A DNA stretch of 45,713 nucleotides. Origin: Nemertoderma westbladi (Eukaryota; Animalia; Xenacoelomorpha). Location of the stretch: NCBI GenBank assembly GCA_032718475.1, contig JAUCBJ010002673.1, positions 1-45,713 on the forward strand. Reading direction: 5' to 3'. Under the pieces are notes generated by a model. It was not told the DNA's origin and did not search any database. It saw only the letters and a program-made list of their open reading frames with translations. The translations under genes were made by a program, and so were the position numbers. This document shows, piece after piece, positions 33,663 to 45,073 of the stretch (the first letter of the stretch is position 1; every line of letters begins with the position of its first letter).

Positions 33663-36600
33663 TGGAATAGTTCCAATGGGCGGTTTAGTATGAAGAGAGA
33701 TTTTTGACTTCTGACATTCAAGACATTCCTGTGCCCATTCTTTTATTTGACGATTCATTGCGGGTCAAATATATCGCGCGCATATTAGTTTCCGTGTTTC
33801 TTCAGGACCGGCATGAGATAGATTGTGAAAAGTGTGAAAATTTTTCTTTCTGAGTTTAGTTGGTAAGTATGGTCTAAGATTTTCACCAGAGTTGTCATAG
33901 TAAACAATTTTGCCGTTTTTTTCCAGCTGTTCTAAGGGCAATGTTGTTTTAGCAAAGAATTGCTGCAACGAATTATCTTCATACTGATAGTCAGATAATT
34001 CCTTAAAATTATCTAACGTAATGGCTGCTAGAGGGCGTGATAGGGCATCAGCAACTATATTTTCTGAACCAGCTATGTATTTAATTGTGCTGTCAAACTC
34101 GGAAATGTAGGAAAGCCAACGAGCCTGCTGCGGACTTGGATTTTTCATATTGAGACAGTTCAAAAGTGGTTTGTGGTCCGTCAATATAGGGATATTCTGT
34201 CCAAGCAACCATTCATGATGCTTTAAAGCAGAGAATATCGCTAAAAGTTCTCGATCGAATGTTGATTTTTGACATTCATTTGGCGTTAGTTTTTTAGAGT
34301 AAAATGCTAAAGGTTCGGAATGGCCATTTACGGTTTGATTAATCACTGCGCCGATGGCGTAATTCGATGCATTGGTGGTAACTACAATAGGTGCATATTT
34401 CTGAGGAAATGCCAAGGTGACTGCGTTGGATAGAGCTTGTTCTAATGAATTAAATGCGGATCTTTCATCTGGAGTAAATTCAATATCAGCACTCTTTAAT
34501 GTATTCCTTGTTAGATCAGTTAAGGGAGCAGCTATTGTAGAAAATTGTGGTACAAAGCGGTGATAGAAACCACAAGTACCGAGAAAGCGTCGGAGCGAAG
34601 CAACTGTTTTCGGTTCTGAAAAATTTCTAACTGCTTCCAATTTAGTATCAATGGGGCGAACTCCATGTTTCGAAATTTCGTAGCCTAAAAATTTGACTTC
34701 ATTTTTGAAGAATGAGCATTTCGAGATTTTTGCCTTTAATCCGTAGCATTTCAAACGTTCGAGAACTGCTTCAACATCTTTGTTATGTTGTTCAGGATTT
34801 TGACTCGCAATTAAGATGTCATCTATATATCCCACAGCAAATTTAACGTCATATAATACCATATCTATGAGCCTTTGAAATGACTGACTTGCGTTTCTTA
34901 ATCCGAAAGGCATTCTACGATATGAAAACATACCAAACGGTGTAGTGATAGAAGTTTTGTTTACATCTTCATCTGCTACAGGAATTTGATGAAATGCTTT
35001 AGCTAAATCAATTTTTGTGAAAATTGTACAACCTCGAAAATTATCTGTTATATCGGCCATGTTGGGCATTGGGTAGTTGTCAGGCACAGTCTGCTTATTT
35101 AAATTTCTATAATCACCACAGGGCCTTATAGAACAGTCTGCTTTTAATACTGTATGCAGCGCAGAACTCCAAGGTGATTCACTCCGCTCAATAATTATGT
35201 TGCGAAGTAAGATGTCAAATTCATTACGTACAGATTCTAATTGACTTCCAAACAATCGCCTGGGTTTTGAGTAACAAGGCGGGCCTGTAGTTATAATATG
35301 ATGCTTAACTGGATGCTTAATGGGATCTGCTGCAGAAATTTCGCTGAAAACTGACTTATATTCACACAATAAATTTTTAACTTGGGGATTTTGTACATTG
35401 TATAAGTTCATGTCTGTTGTGGCTTTTATAAAATTAACTTTATACTTCCCAGTGCTACCGACTGCACTTTTGTCACTTGTAATACCAATAACACTTACAA
35501 AACATAATAATATACCAAAGATAAGAAAAAGTTGCAATAGGAAAGATCGATTAGATATGAAAATAAATGGACAACTAGCAACAAAAAGCAAAATAAGAAA
35601 AATATGTTTCAACAAAAATATAGAAGACTTATTAGATTTGCCAACAGATGCACTACTAAAAGTTTCAGAATAATTACTAGAATCGTGATTTATACCATTG
35701 ATATTTGTATTTCTAGTTTCCATAAAGATACGTCCGTTCTTACAATCAATATTTACTTTATAATGCCGCAAAAAATCCAAACCCAAAATAGGTTGACTCA
35801 CATCAGCTACTATGAATTTCCACGAAAATTTCCTAGCAGATAAACTCGGAATGGAAAAATTTAAATTTCCACAACCGTAGGTTTTGATATTAGACGAATT
35901 GGCAGCTGTTAAAATAGTAAGTAAATTATCAGAAGTAGATTCTAACAAATGTGAGTAACATTTAGGTAAAATCGAAAAGTCACTGCCAGAATCTACTAAA
36001 AATTGATCAACAGGATCTGCCTTTACATTTATGGAGAAAATTTCATTATTATTATTAGCACTATTATTATTATTTGCATTAAACCCTATATTATTATCTG
36101 AGTTACCTGGATTATTCGGTCCCTTTCGCATTTGGTAATTGCAAGGTGGTTGACATTTGGCAGCGTCTTGTCCAAACTGAAAGTGGTAATAGCACCATGA
36201 TCCTTTAGGATCGTAGCTGCGACTATGTGACTGCGATCGATAGGGACCACGCAATTGGGATCGATTACGAGAATAACCTCCCCTAGATGGCGTTCGGCGA
36301 TAACGGGAACGACCGCTCCGAGATGATGAAAGATCTTTTAGCTGAGCGTTGATCTCAGCAACTTGATCGCTGAGTAATTTTTGAGACTCAATCAGAAGTT
36401 TCTGTGACTGTTGTAGAATATTAAGTTCGGAGACCTGTGCAACTGGACATGGATTGGTAGATTGTGATTGCTGTTGCTCGATCATTTTGTCGGCAATTTC
36501 TGCAAGCTTCTCTAAAGACAGATCACCGAGAGTACTTTGAACAAAGCTGATAGTTGGCGGTAGGATCTCCAGGAAACGGAGACGTATGATTTGATCATTA

Positions 36601-37136
36601 CCAGTACCTGGAGCTAGGCGCTGCATCTGCCTAATGATGGCAGAGGGTTTGCGATCCCCGAGCTCCTGAGCCTCAAGTAGTTTTCGCAATCGTCGCTCAT
36701 CACTATCGGCTAAATGTGATATGATGTTCTCTTTGATAGTATTGAATGAGTCTTCCACATTAACACCTGCATCGAGAATAATTTCCGTTGGAAGAGCCGC
36801 TAGTAAATTGGATTTCTTTGAGTGGTTGGTCTGTCCGTGAAGCACAGCTTCAATCTGTTGAAACCATGTTCGAGCGTCTTTGTTGTAAAATTTGGGTAAT
36901 CGAGTTTTTAGAATAATGGCTGTTGGATCACCTCTCCCTGAAGACTCGTCATGACCGGCATCCACAATCTTTTGGAGAATCATGCGCACGGCCGAAGGAT
37001 TTTCTTTTTCCAATTCGAGAATTATTTCGGCCTTCACTTTTGGGGGTTCGTAGTTAGGAACGTGAGAATTGAGTTGAACCAGAGTTTCTCGTAATTCAGC
37101 CTTCCGAAATTTCTAAAGTTGTTCGGGTTTCGACAT
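33663..37136 (-). pseudogene. gag-pol: Gypsy gag-pol (Gag, PR, RT, RNase H, IN Zn finger)
   Basis: ATG 37136 with an early TAG at codon 8; LPKFY...WF, ELGDRKPS, CYYH...C..PC, FLVDSGS, YIDD, TTNAS (catalytic D to N), H..H..C..C with TGA at 33765. Confidence 0.92.
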
Positions 37137-37242
37137 TATTAAGTTGGTTTTGTACAGTAGATTTTATAGCAGTTTTTATCTAGTGATTGTAAAAAAAAAT
37201 GGTAAATGTTTTTTTAAATATAATTTAGGCTGTTTGTTTTAA

Positions 37243-37255
37243 GTCCGGGTCACCA
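37243..37255 (-). promoter_or_regulatory. Gypsy PBS (tRNA-Trp type)
   Basis: TGGTGACCCGGAC one nt after the 5' LTR. Confidence 0.8.
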
Positions 37256-37256
37256 A

Positions 37257-37428
37257 TATAAGACTGACTAGTCTCATAAAATAAAAACAAAGGTTTTCTG
37301 TAAACTAGTGAATGAATTTATTACATTAAGAATAGTGGTATATGATACAATACAAGGCCAAAGGTTAAATGTGTGTTAGCTCCGTGTACTGTATGAATAC
37401 TCATAGTTACATGATAATTAATTATTGA
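37257..37428 (-). repeat. Gypsy 5' LTR, interrupted by RTE copy 4
   Basis: 172-bp match to 28561-28732 (one difference seen). Confidence 0.92.
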
Positions 37429-37429
37429 C

Positions 37430-38234
37430 CATACTTTCATTATATGGGATTCCTGATGAAATTATTGCAGCAATCAGATCAGTATACGATGGTTCGACAA
37501 CATTTGTGTCTACTGTTGATGGTGACACAGAACCATTTGAAGTGTTATGGGGCGTCCTCCAAGGAGACACACTTGCACCATTCTTGTTCATTATTGTGGT
37601 TGACTATGTTCTACGCATGTCCTTAGATCATTATAATGATGATGGGGTGATGATAACTACACCTACAGGCTCCAGAAGTCGAGGAAATCCTGCCAAGTAC
37701 CTAACTGATCTAGACTTTGCTGATGACTTAGGAGTACTCTCAGAATCATTAGAGGGAGCCCAACGGCTCCTCAGCTCATTAGAACATGCTGCTTCTAGTG
37801 TTGGTCTTTTTATTAACTCCAGAAAGACCAAAATTCTGACAGTTAACTTTGAAAGTCCTCAGCAAGTCTCTGATCGGATGAGCATAAGCTCAAAGGATGG
37901 TATGCTTGAGCATGTGGACGACTTCTGTTACCTGGGATCATGGATCCGGAAGTCAGGTGAGGACCTTCGAATACGTAAGGGAAAGGCATGGGCAGCCTTG
38001 AATAGGCTTTCCAGGATTTGGAAGTCACCGAGAATTAATCGGAAACTTAAGGTCCGATTATTTAGAGCAGCAGTAGTTCCAGTACTCCTCTACGGTAGTC
38101 CATGCTGGGCTCTAACTGCTGAGGACACCAAATCTCTGGATGGCACATTCACAAGAATGCTACGCCGGGTTAATTGTGTCAAGTACAATGCACACATCTC
38201 CAACCAGACACTATATAACATTGGAGGTGTCTCA
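37430..38234 (+). mobile_element. 5'-truncated RTE LINE (copy 4), cut at its 3' side by the next LINE
   Basis: Near-identical to ~32544-33354; GVLQGDTLAP, FADD. Confidence 0.92.
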
Positions 38235-38581
38235 ATGGCATAATGTAACTGACTGTTGATTTATATACCTGATTGGATATACCTTTAAAAATACTGCTAT
38301 ACTGCTATACTGTTGTATGCTGACTGGTACCTACGCCTGACAGGCCTAACTGAAACCACTGCTGCACCGGCCCACCGCAGCACCGCCATCTGACAGCCAT
38401 CCACTGCCCTGCAAACACTGCGGCTGCTGCCGAATTTAACCCAGGAAAGGGCCCAGGGCGCAGTGGACTGATCCACTGAGCACTGAACAGAACAGTGGAA
38501 CGGAACGGAAAAGACGGAGACAGGCAGACAGGGAACCTACCTAACAGCCTATTGGAAATCACAACGCGTACATTGCCGTCC

Positions 38582-41500
38582 ATGGCACGCACACCAGTGA
38601 AACTGCGAAGTCGACTTCCTCGCCCTACAGCTACAGCTGGCCGGAGAGAATCGGTGCAGCCGAAAAAGCGAGGTCGCGTTGGCGGATCGACGACGAATCC
38701 CTCCAGGACAGGATCTACGGTGGATTCCGCCACCACCGCATCGACGACGAATCCCTCCAGGACCGGATCTACGGTGGATCCCTCCAGGACCGGATCTACG
38801 GTGGATCCCTCCAGGACCGGATCTACGGTGGATCCCGCCACCACCGGATCGACGACGAATCCCTCCAGGACCGGATCTACGGCGGATCCCGCCACCACCG
38901 GATCAACGACGAATCCCTCAAGGACAGGATCTACGGTGGATCCCGCCATCACCGGATCTACGGCAGATCCCTCCACCACCGGATCTACGGCGGATCCCGC
39001 CACCACCGCATCGACGACGAATCCCTCCAGGACAGGATCTACGGTGGATCCCGCCATCACCGGATCTACGGCGGATCCCTCCACAACCGGATCTACGGCG
39101 GATCCCTCAACCACCGGATCTACGGTGGATCCCGCCACCACCAGATCGATGACGAATCCCTCCAGGACAGGATCTATGGTGGATGATGCCATCACCGGAT
39201 CTACGGCGGATCCCTCCACCACCGGATCTACGGCGGATCCCGCCACCACCGGATCGACGACGAATCCCTCTAGGATCGGATCTACGGTGGATCCCCCCAC
39301 CACCGGATCGATGACGAAACCCTCCAGGAACGGATCTACGGTGGATACCGCCACCACCGGATCGACGACGAATCCCTCCAGGACCGGATCTATGGTGGAT
39401 CCCGCCACCACCGGATCGATGACGAAACCCTCCAGGACCGGATCTACGGTGGATCCCGCCACCACCGGATCGACGACGAATCCCTCCAGGACCGGATCTA
39501 TGGTGGATCCCGCCACCACCGGATCGACGACGAATCCCTCCAGGACCGGATCTATGGTGGATCCCGCCACCACCGGATCGACGACGAATCCCTCCAGGAT
39601 CGGATCTAAGGTGGATCCCGCCACCACCGGATTGATGACGAAACCCTCCAGGACCGGATCTATGGTGGATCCCGCCACCACCGGATCGACGACGAATCCC
39701 TCCAGGACCGGATCTATGGTGGATCCCGCCACCACCGGATCGACGACGAATCCCTCCAGGACCGGATCTACGGTGGATCCCGCCACCACTGGATCGACGA
39801 CGAATCCCTCCTGTACCGGATCTACGTCGGATCCCTCCAGGACCGGATCTACAGTGGATCCCTCCAGGACCGGATCTATTGTGGATCCCGCCACCACCGG
39901 ATCGACGACGAATCCCTCCAGGACCGGATATATGGTGGATCCCGCCACCACCGGATCGATGACGAATCCCTCCAGGACCGGATCTATATTGGATCCCTCC
40001 AGGACCGGATCTACGGTGGATCCTGCCACCACCGGATCGACGACGAATCCCTCCAGGACGGGATCCACGGTGGATCCCTCCAGGACCGGATCTATTGTGG
40101 ATCCTGCCACCACCGGATCAACGACGAATCCCTCCAGGACCAGATCTACGGCGGTGGACCCCGCCACCACCGGATCGATGACGAATCCCTTCAGGACCGG
40201 ATCTACGGTGGATCCCGCCACCACTGGATCGACGACGAATCCCTCCAGGACCGGATCTACGGTGGATCCCACCACCACTGGATCGATGACGAATCCCTCC
40301 AGGACCGGATCTATGGTGGATCCCGCCACCACCGGATCGACGACGAATCCCTCCAGGACTGGACCTATGGTGGATCCCGCCACCACCAGATCAACGACGA
40401 ATCCCTTCAGGACCGGATCTATTGTGGATCCCGCCACCACCGCATCGACAACGAATCCCACCAGAACCGGATTGACGACGAATCCCGCAACCACCGGATC
40501 TATGGTGGATCCCTCCACCACCGGATCTACAGCGGATCCCACCACCACCGGATCGATGGTGGATCCCACCACCACCGGATCGACGGCGGATCCCGCAACC
40601 ATCGGATCTGCGGTGGATCCCGCCATAGATCCCGCCACCGCCAGATCGACGGCGGATCCCACCACAACCAGACTGTTGACGAATCCCGCCACCACCCGAT
40701 ATACGGTGGATCCAGCCACCCTGTTAGTATCCCCAGGTCGGGTAGGCCCGGGCAACCATACAGCCCATGACCCGACCTGGGGGTGCATTGAGAAAGACCG
40801 CCATCAGCATCAGCATAGTACATCTGACCTGCACTCAGGACTTGAAAGGTTGGAACTATTCAATAATAATGGGGCTATGGTCATTGTAGAGGACCTTACT
40901 GATGATAGGGATACTTGGGAGGTTAGGCCTACGGTAGCTCAATCTGCCATAAATACTAAAATAACACCTGTGCGTCGTAACCCCAAAAACTTTAATAAGG
41001 CTAAAAAACTTAAACCTCATATAATGAAATCCACTCCACCCACTGACAAACACTATACTGACCATCCCAAATCAGTACCCACTAACCCATCCTCGTTAAT
41101 CCCTACTTACCTATCTCCATCAATCCCTACCTACGCTGAACAAATGTACCCACATTCACCGACAATTCTGCCTACCAGCCAAGCCCCGGTATTAAGTAAC
41201 CCTCCAATCTTACAGCAGGGTCAGCAGGCTACCATTCCTCACCAGAAAGGTATGGGGACATTGAATGTGCTAGACTCAAGTGTTATTTTTGTTTCTGCTT
41301 CCGAAGTCATTGACAAGCAGTCATGTATTCCCACCCCTAATGAAGACAACATCATTTTTATTGACGATGACTTTGCAGATGATGATAGTTCTATCGTCTG
41401 TGCAGCAACACGCTCACCTGACACCAGATCTTTAGTTCTCCTTAAAGACAACGAGGTGGATTGGCGTTACTTTGAACCCACAAAGCATCTGTCTACAACT

Positions 41501-41893
41501 ATTGTTGACTCTTTCATGTCCATACTATCCAGGGGCCAGCCGAATATTGCCTGCATTAACACTGGTTTATGCACTAAATTAATCAGTGTGTCAACCCTTC
41601 CAGCCGCAATCAGCGTGACAACCCTACCAACTGGCCTCAACATGTCCGTGACAGCAATCAGCATGTTAGTAATCAGCGTCACAACCTTCCCAGCTGGACT
41701 CAACACGATCGTGTCAGTACTCTGCGTGTTAGTAATCAGCGTGAGAACCCTTCCAGATGTCATGACAACCCTCCAAGCTGGTCTCAACATAATCGTGACA
41801 GTAACCAACGCGTTAGTAATCAGTGTGACAACTCTTCCAGCTGGACTCAGAACCTACGTCAAAGCAACAAATGGACCGACCGCAGCAGTTTAA
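38582..41893 (+). CDS. LINE ORF1-like protein: basic N-terminus, Thr/Ser/Gly/Pro 9-aa repeats, SIM-like motifs, truncated Ulp1-like segment (probable internal deletion near 41580)
   Basis: First ATG 38582 (MARTPVK); KKRGR; DPATTGSTT/NPSRTGSTV repeats; abrupt change of character at ~41580. Confidence 0.65.
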   Translation: MARTPVKLRSRLPRPTATAGRRESVQPKKRGRVGGSTTNPSRTGSTVDSATTASTTNPSRTGSTVDPSRTGSTVDPSRTGSTVDPATTGSTTNPSRTGSTADPATTGSTTNPSRTGSTVDPAITGSTADPSTTGSTADPATTASTTNPSRTGSTVDPAITGSTADPSTTGSTADPSTTGSTVDPATTRSMTNPSRTGSMVDDAITGSTADPSTTGSTADPATTGSTTNPSRIGSTVDPPTTGSMTKPSRNGSTVDTATTGSTTNPSRTGSMVDPATTGSMTKPSRTGSTVDPATTGSTTNPSRTGSMVDPATTGSTTNPSRTGSMVDPATTGSTTNPSRIGSKVDPATTGLMTKPSRTGSMVDPATTGSTTNPSRTGSMVDPATTGSTTNPSRTGSTVDPATTGSTTNPSCTGSTSDPSRTGSTVDPSRTGSIVDPATTGSTTNPSRTGYMVDPATTGSMTNPSRTGSILDPSRTGSTVDPATTGSTTNPSRTGSTVDPSRTGSIVDPATTGSTTNPSRTRSTAVDPATTGSMTNPFRTGSTVDPATTGSTTNPSRTGSTVDPTTTGSMTNPSRTGSMVDPATTGSTTNPSRTGPMVDPATTRSTTNPFRTGSIVDPATTASTTNPTRTGLTTNPATTGSMVDPSTTGSTADPTTTGSMVDPTTTGSTADPATIGSAVDPAIDPATARSTADPTTTRLLTNPATTRYTVDPATLLVSPGRVGPGNHTAHDPTWGCIEKDRHQHQHSTSDLHSGLERLELFNNNGAMVIVEDLTDDRDTWEVRPTVAQSAINTKITPVRRNPKNFNKAKKLKPHIMKSTPPTDKHYTDHPKSVPTNPSSLIPTYLSPSIPTYAEQMYPHSPTILPTSQAPVLSNPPILQQGQQATIPHQKGMGTLNVLDSSVIFVSASEVIDKQSCIPTPNEDNIIFIDDDFADDDSSIVCAATRSPDTRSLVLLKDNEVDWRYFEPTKHLSTTIVDSFMSILSRGQPNIACINTGLCTKLISVSTLPAAISVTTLPTGLNMSVTAISMLVISVTTFPAGLNTIVSVLCVLVISVRTLPDVMTTLQAGLNIIVTVTNALVISVTTLPAGLRTYVKATNGPTAAV
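38683..40715 (+). repeat. 27-bp coding tandem array (~75 units; two variants, often as a 54-bp dimer)
   Basis: gatcccgccaccaccggatcgacgacg / aatccctccaggaccggatctacggtg. Confidence 0.97.
41581..41850 (+). repeat. Imperfect tandem repeats at the end of ORF1
   Basis: gttagtaatcagcgtgacaacc.ttccagctggactcaaca-like units, about four copies. Confidence 0.7.
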
Positions 41894-42052
41894 CTATTAA
41901 CCCAAAACCCACCTCGAGACCAGGGAACACTACCCATAGAGTTTAACATTGACAGTGAAGGGCGCGCCGTCTCCGGAACGTATACACAATCATTAATTTC
42001 TGGAAATAGGGAGAACCCCACCAAGTCTGTCAATTCAACTAGTCTTAATGGG

Positions 42053-45000
42053 TTGAGAGTAGGTACATTTAACTGTCACGGATTCTCTTTGAACTCGGAC
42101 TATGTCAGAGACATACTAGACCAATGCGACATATTTGCTATACAGGAGCACTGGCTCGATCAGGTAGAATGCCAGGAGCTTTTAAACGAGTTTGCCGATG
42201 GGTTTAACTGCGAATCCATTGTAAGCAATTTAATGAGTAATGGAAAACGTTGTAGAGGTGCAGGTGGCGCCGCTCTTTTCTTCTCTAAGAGCAAGGTCAA
42301 GAGTTATTCAAAAGTTGAATCTGGAGATAACATCGTTGGTATTGTCACCGAAATCAATAACCAGTCTGCTATGTTTTTATCATGCTATGCCCCAGATGCC
42401 AGTAAAGGCATTACAGCCTACACCGACTTCATAGGTAGACTTCAGTCAGTCCTAGACGAACACAAGTATGCAACACCGATTATCCTCATGGATGCTAACG
42501 CCGACATTGGCCCACTGCAAGGTAAACGTCACACACGCTCTAATGCATCACCACGCGGGTCTGACCTCAACACATTCCTATTGGGAAACAACCTGGCTGC
42601 CATTGACACGTTTCAGGAGTTTAGTGGCCCATGTTATACCTTCTTCCGCAATGGGGATGGGATATCCTACATTGACCACATCATCTGCAACACTACAACT
42701 ACCAAACTGATTTCAGGCATCGTACACGACCCCCGTCCAGCAGACAACACGTCTGACCATGTTCCCATCATTGCTCAAATCGACTTCCATTTGCCATTTG
42801 CGACTAATACCGTTCCCTCCAAACGCTGCCTCCCAACTGCAAAGGGCACTCCCTACATTAGACTTAATTGGAAGAAGGTAACACCAGACCACCTACAAAA
42901 ATACAACACAGAGGTCAAATCAAAACTGGAGAAAATCGTCTCCAAAATAGAGAACGTGACTAATTGGGATCAGGATACTTTAGATTTCATGGCCGTAAAC
43001 ATACAGGACATCATACGCTCTGCCGCCATGGCCCATATCCCAATTTGTAAGCCACACCATAAATCGAAAAATCACAGGATTAGATCGCAGAAACTAGTGG
43101 ATCGGGTGAAGATAACCAGGCGACTCTACAATGGGTGGCACCAACGTGGAAAGGGGGACGACGACCCAATTGGAGCCGCATTCAAGGAATCAAAACGTAT
43201 GACACGAAGGCTGCACAACTTCCTGAACAAACAGTTTGTAAACTCAAACCTGGCCAATAAGGCCACACTCCACCAACGCAACCCAAGCAAATTCTGGAAT
43301 TATTTCAACAAAAATAAGTCGCCAGTTAAGGTACCAGAGGAAGTCCAATGCACGATATTCAATAATTTACTTGAAGGCTCCCGGCGGAACAACTCCTCTT
43401 TTGATGATATTAACGCCAGGCTAGATCACTCCTGCCGCAACTCAACATGTCCTTCTATTTCCCCCAGCACTGTCCAGAGAGCAGTTTCGCAACTGTCACT
43501 GGGTAAGTCACCCGATAGTAACTCTCTCGTTGTAGAACATATTTTACACTTAGATCCCGACAACAACCCAATCTGCAGTATCATTGCTAAACTACTAAAC
43601 GAATCGATCCGCCTCGGACAGGCCCCTACTTCATTTGGTAGCACTGTAGTCAACTACATATACAAGGGTAAGAAGAAGAATACGTTGAATCCAAAGTCCT
43701 ATCGACCAATCTCGATTGTAAATGTATTTGCTAAGATCATGGAAGCAGTAATACTACAATATCTATGGAACTCTGATACATTCAGTAACCAAAATCAATT
43801 CGCGTATAAGAAAAAGTATGGTGCAGATATTATAATCTCCTTGGTGTTAGAGAACCTCGAGTACTATCGGCAACAAGGATCTCCAGTCTACCTCTGCCAA
43901 CTAGACATCTCATCGGCGTTCGACAGTGTCGACTACAAGATCCTTCTTAATAAATTACTTGATCATAATATTCTTAACCCATATTTGTGTCGTATCCTGA
44001 TGAGTTATTATAGTATCACCCAGCTCTACTTGAAATTCAACAACACCATACTATCCACTCCAATCCCAGTCGCTCACGGCCTAAAACAAGGGTCGCTACT
44101 CTCTCCGACCTTATTCAATATTTACGTGGCCGACATATTTAACATCCTTGAGAAGAATGGCGCCGGATGTAGGGTCAGGGATATATGGATCGGCTGCCTT
44201 GGATACGCCGATGACTTACTACTCATGGCTTCCTCCCCAAAAGATATTGAATCAATGGTAAGGGTTGTCAACGAAGGAGCACACAACTTGCGATTAGAGA
44301 TCGAGGCCACTAAGACCAGATGGATATACAGCGGTAGCCCTGCACATATTCCAACATTCATAGACACCGGCGGGTCCTTGCTAGAACCTTCCAGTCACAT
44401 AAATTTTCTGGGTTTTAAGATACCATGTAGCAAAGCTGATCCCCTTAAAGCAGCCATGCATATCTTAGCAGCGTACAGCGAGAGATTCCAGAGACAAGGA
44501 TGGACTACCAGACATTTAACCTGCTCCACCATCGCCACTCTATGGAATAAAGTAGCGATTCCGTCCGCATTGTACAATATCCAGTTCTTGGTCGGTGCTA
44601 TGACGTCCACCCAGTTAGAACAACTAGATGCCTACCATCGTAAGATCATGCGAGGACTGCTCTGCCTTGGTTCTTACACCTCAAATACTATAATCTACAA
44701 TCTCATGGACTGCCCACCAATATCGGTTTCGGCCTTTCGCCTCTGTATAGGGACGCTAATAAGACTGACGAAGTGCCCAAATCATTCACTACAAACTTCT
44801 CTGCGCCACTTACTAGACCTCAATACAAAGGGGAAATACCAAGGCCTCGGCAGCACCTACAAGATGGCTCAGACCCACTTCCTCCTACCTCGGCTCGCGT
44901 CGATCCTTCTGTATGAATACTCCTTAAAGAGTCTGCAATCTCGTTTGTCAATTTCTAATCCCCCACCATATGACCTTGTCAGCTCCAATTTCATAAGAAA

Positions 45001-45073
45001 CTGCTACAGCCTTAGCACGATCACATTCGAAACCAAGCATAAAATGATACTAGACTATTTCAACATTATATAG
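42053..45073 (+). CDS. LINE ORF2: APE endonuclease + reverse transcriptase, uninterrupted (frame open from 41894)
   Basis: RVGTFNCHG, IQEHW, MDANA, YIDHI, TSDH; SYRPIS, QFAYKK, LDISSAFDSV, GLKQGSLLSP, YADD. Confidence 0.93.
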   Translation: MRVGTFNCHGFSLNSDYVRDILDQCDIFAIQEHWLDQVECQELLNEFADGFNCESIVSNLMSNGKRCRGAGGAALFFSKSKVKSYSKVESGDNIVGIVTEINNQSAMFLSCYAPDASKGITAYTDFIGRLQSVLDEHKYATPIILMDANADIGPLQGKRHTRSNASPRGSDLNTFLLGNNLAAIDTFQEFSGPCYTFFRNGDGISYIDHIICNTTTTKLISGIVHDPRPADNTSDHVPIIAQIDFHLPFATNTVPSKRCLPTAKGTPYIRLNWKKVTPDHLQKYNTEVKSKLEKIVSKIENVTNWDQDTLDFMAVNIQDIIRSAAMAHIPICKPHHKSKNHRIRSQKLVDRVKITRRLYNGWHQRGKGDDDPIGAAFKESKRMTRRLHNFLNKQFVNSNLANKATLHQRNPSKFWNYFNKNKSPVKVPEEVQCTIFNNLLEGSRRNNSSFDDINARLDHSCRNSTCPSISPSTVQRAVSQLSLGKSPDSNSLVVEHILHLDPDNNPICSIIAKLLNESIRLGQAPTSFGSTVVNYIYKGKKKNTLNPKSYRPISIVNVFAKIMEAVILQYLWNSDTFSNQNQFAYKKKYGADIIISLVLENLEYYRQQGSPVYLCQLDISSAFDSVDYKILLNKLLDHNILNPYLCRILMSYYSITQLYLKFNNTILSTPIPVAHGLKQGSLLSPTLFNIYVADIFNILEKNGAGCRVRDIWIGCLGYADDLLLMASSPKDIESMVRVVNEGAHNLRLEIEATKTRWIYSGSPAHIPTFIDTGGSLLEPSSHINFLGFKIPCSKADPLKAAMHILAAYSERFQRQGWTTRHLTCSTIATLWNKVAIPSALYNIQFLVGAMTSTQLEQLDAYHRKIMRGLLCLGSYTSNTIIYNLMDCPPISVSAFRLCIGTLIRLTKCPNHSLQTSLRHLLDLNTKGKYQGLGSTYKMAQTHFLLPRLASILLYEYSLKSLQSRLSISNPPPYDLVSSNFIRNCYSLSTITFETKHKMILDYFNII

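Larger units (their letters stand above)
28561..37428 (-). mobile_element. Ty3/Gypsy LTR retrotransposon, CsRn1-clade-like, interrupted by two RTE copies
   Basis: LTRs at 28561-28794 and 37257-37428 (interrupted); PBS TGGTGACCCGGAC; CHCC Gag motif; PR-RT-RH-IN order. Confidence 0.92.

Noticed and set aside
38305-40788. 827-aa antisense ORF
   Set aside because: Almost coextensive with the 27-bp array, whose unit lacks stops in that frame; no independent domain
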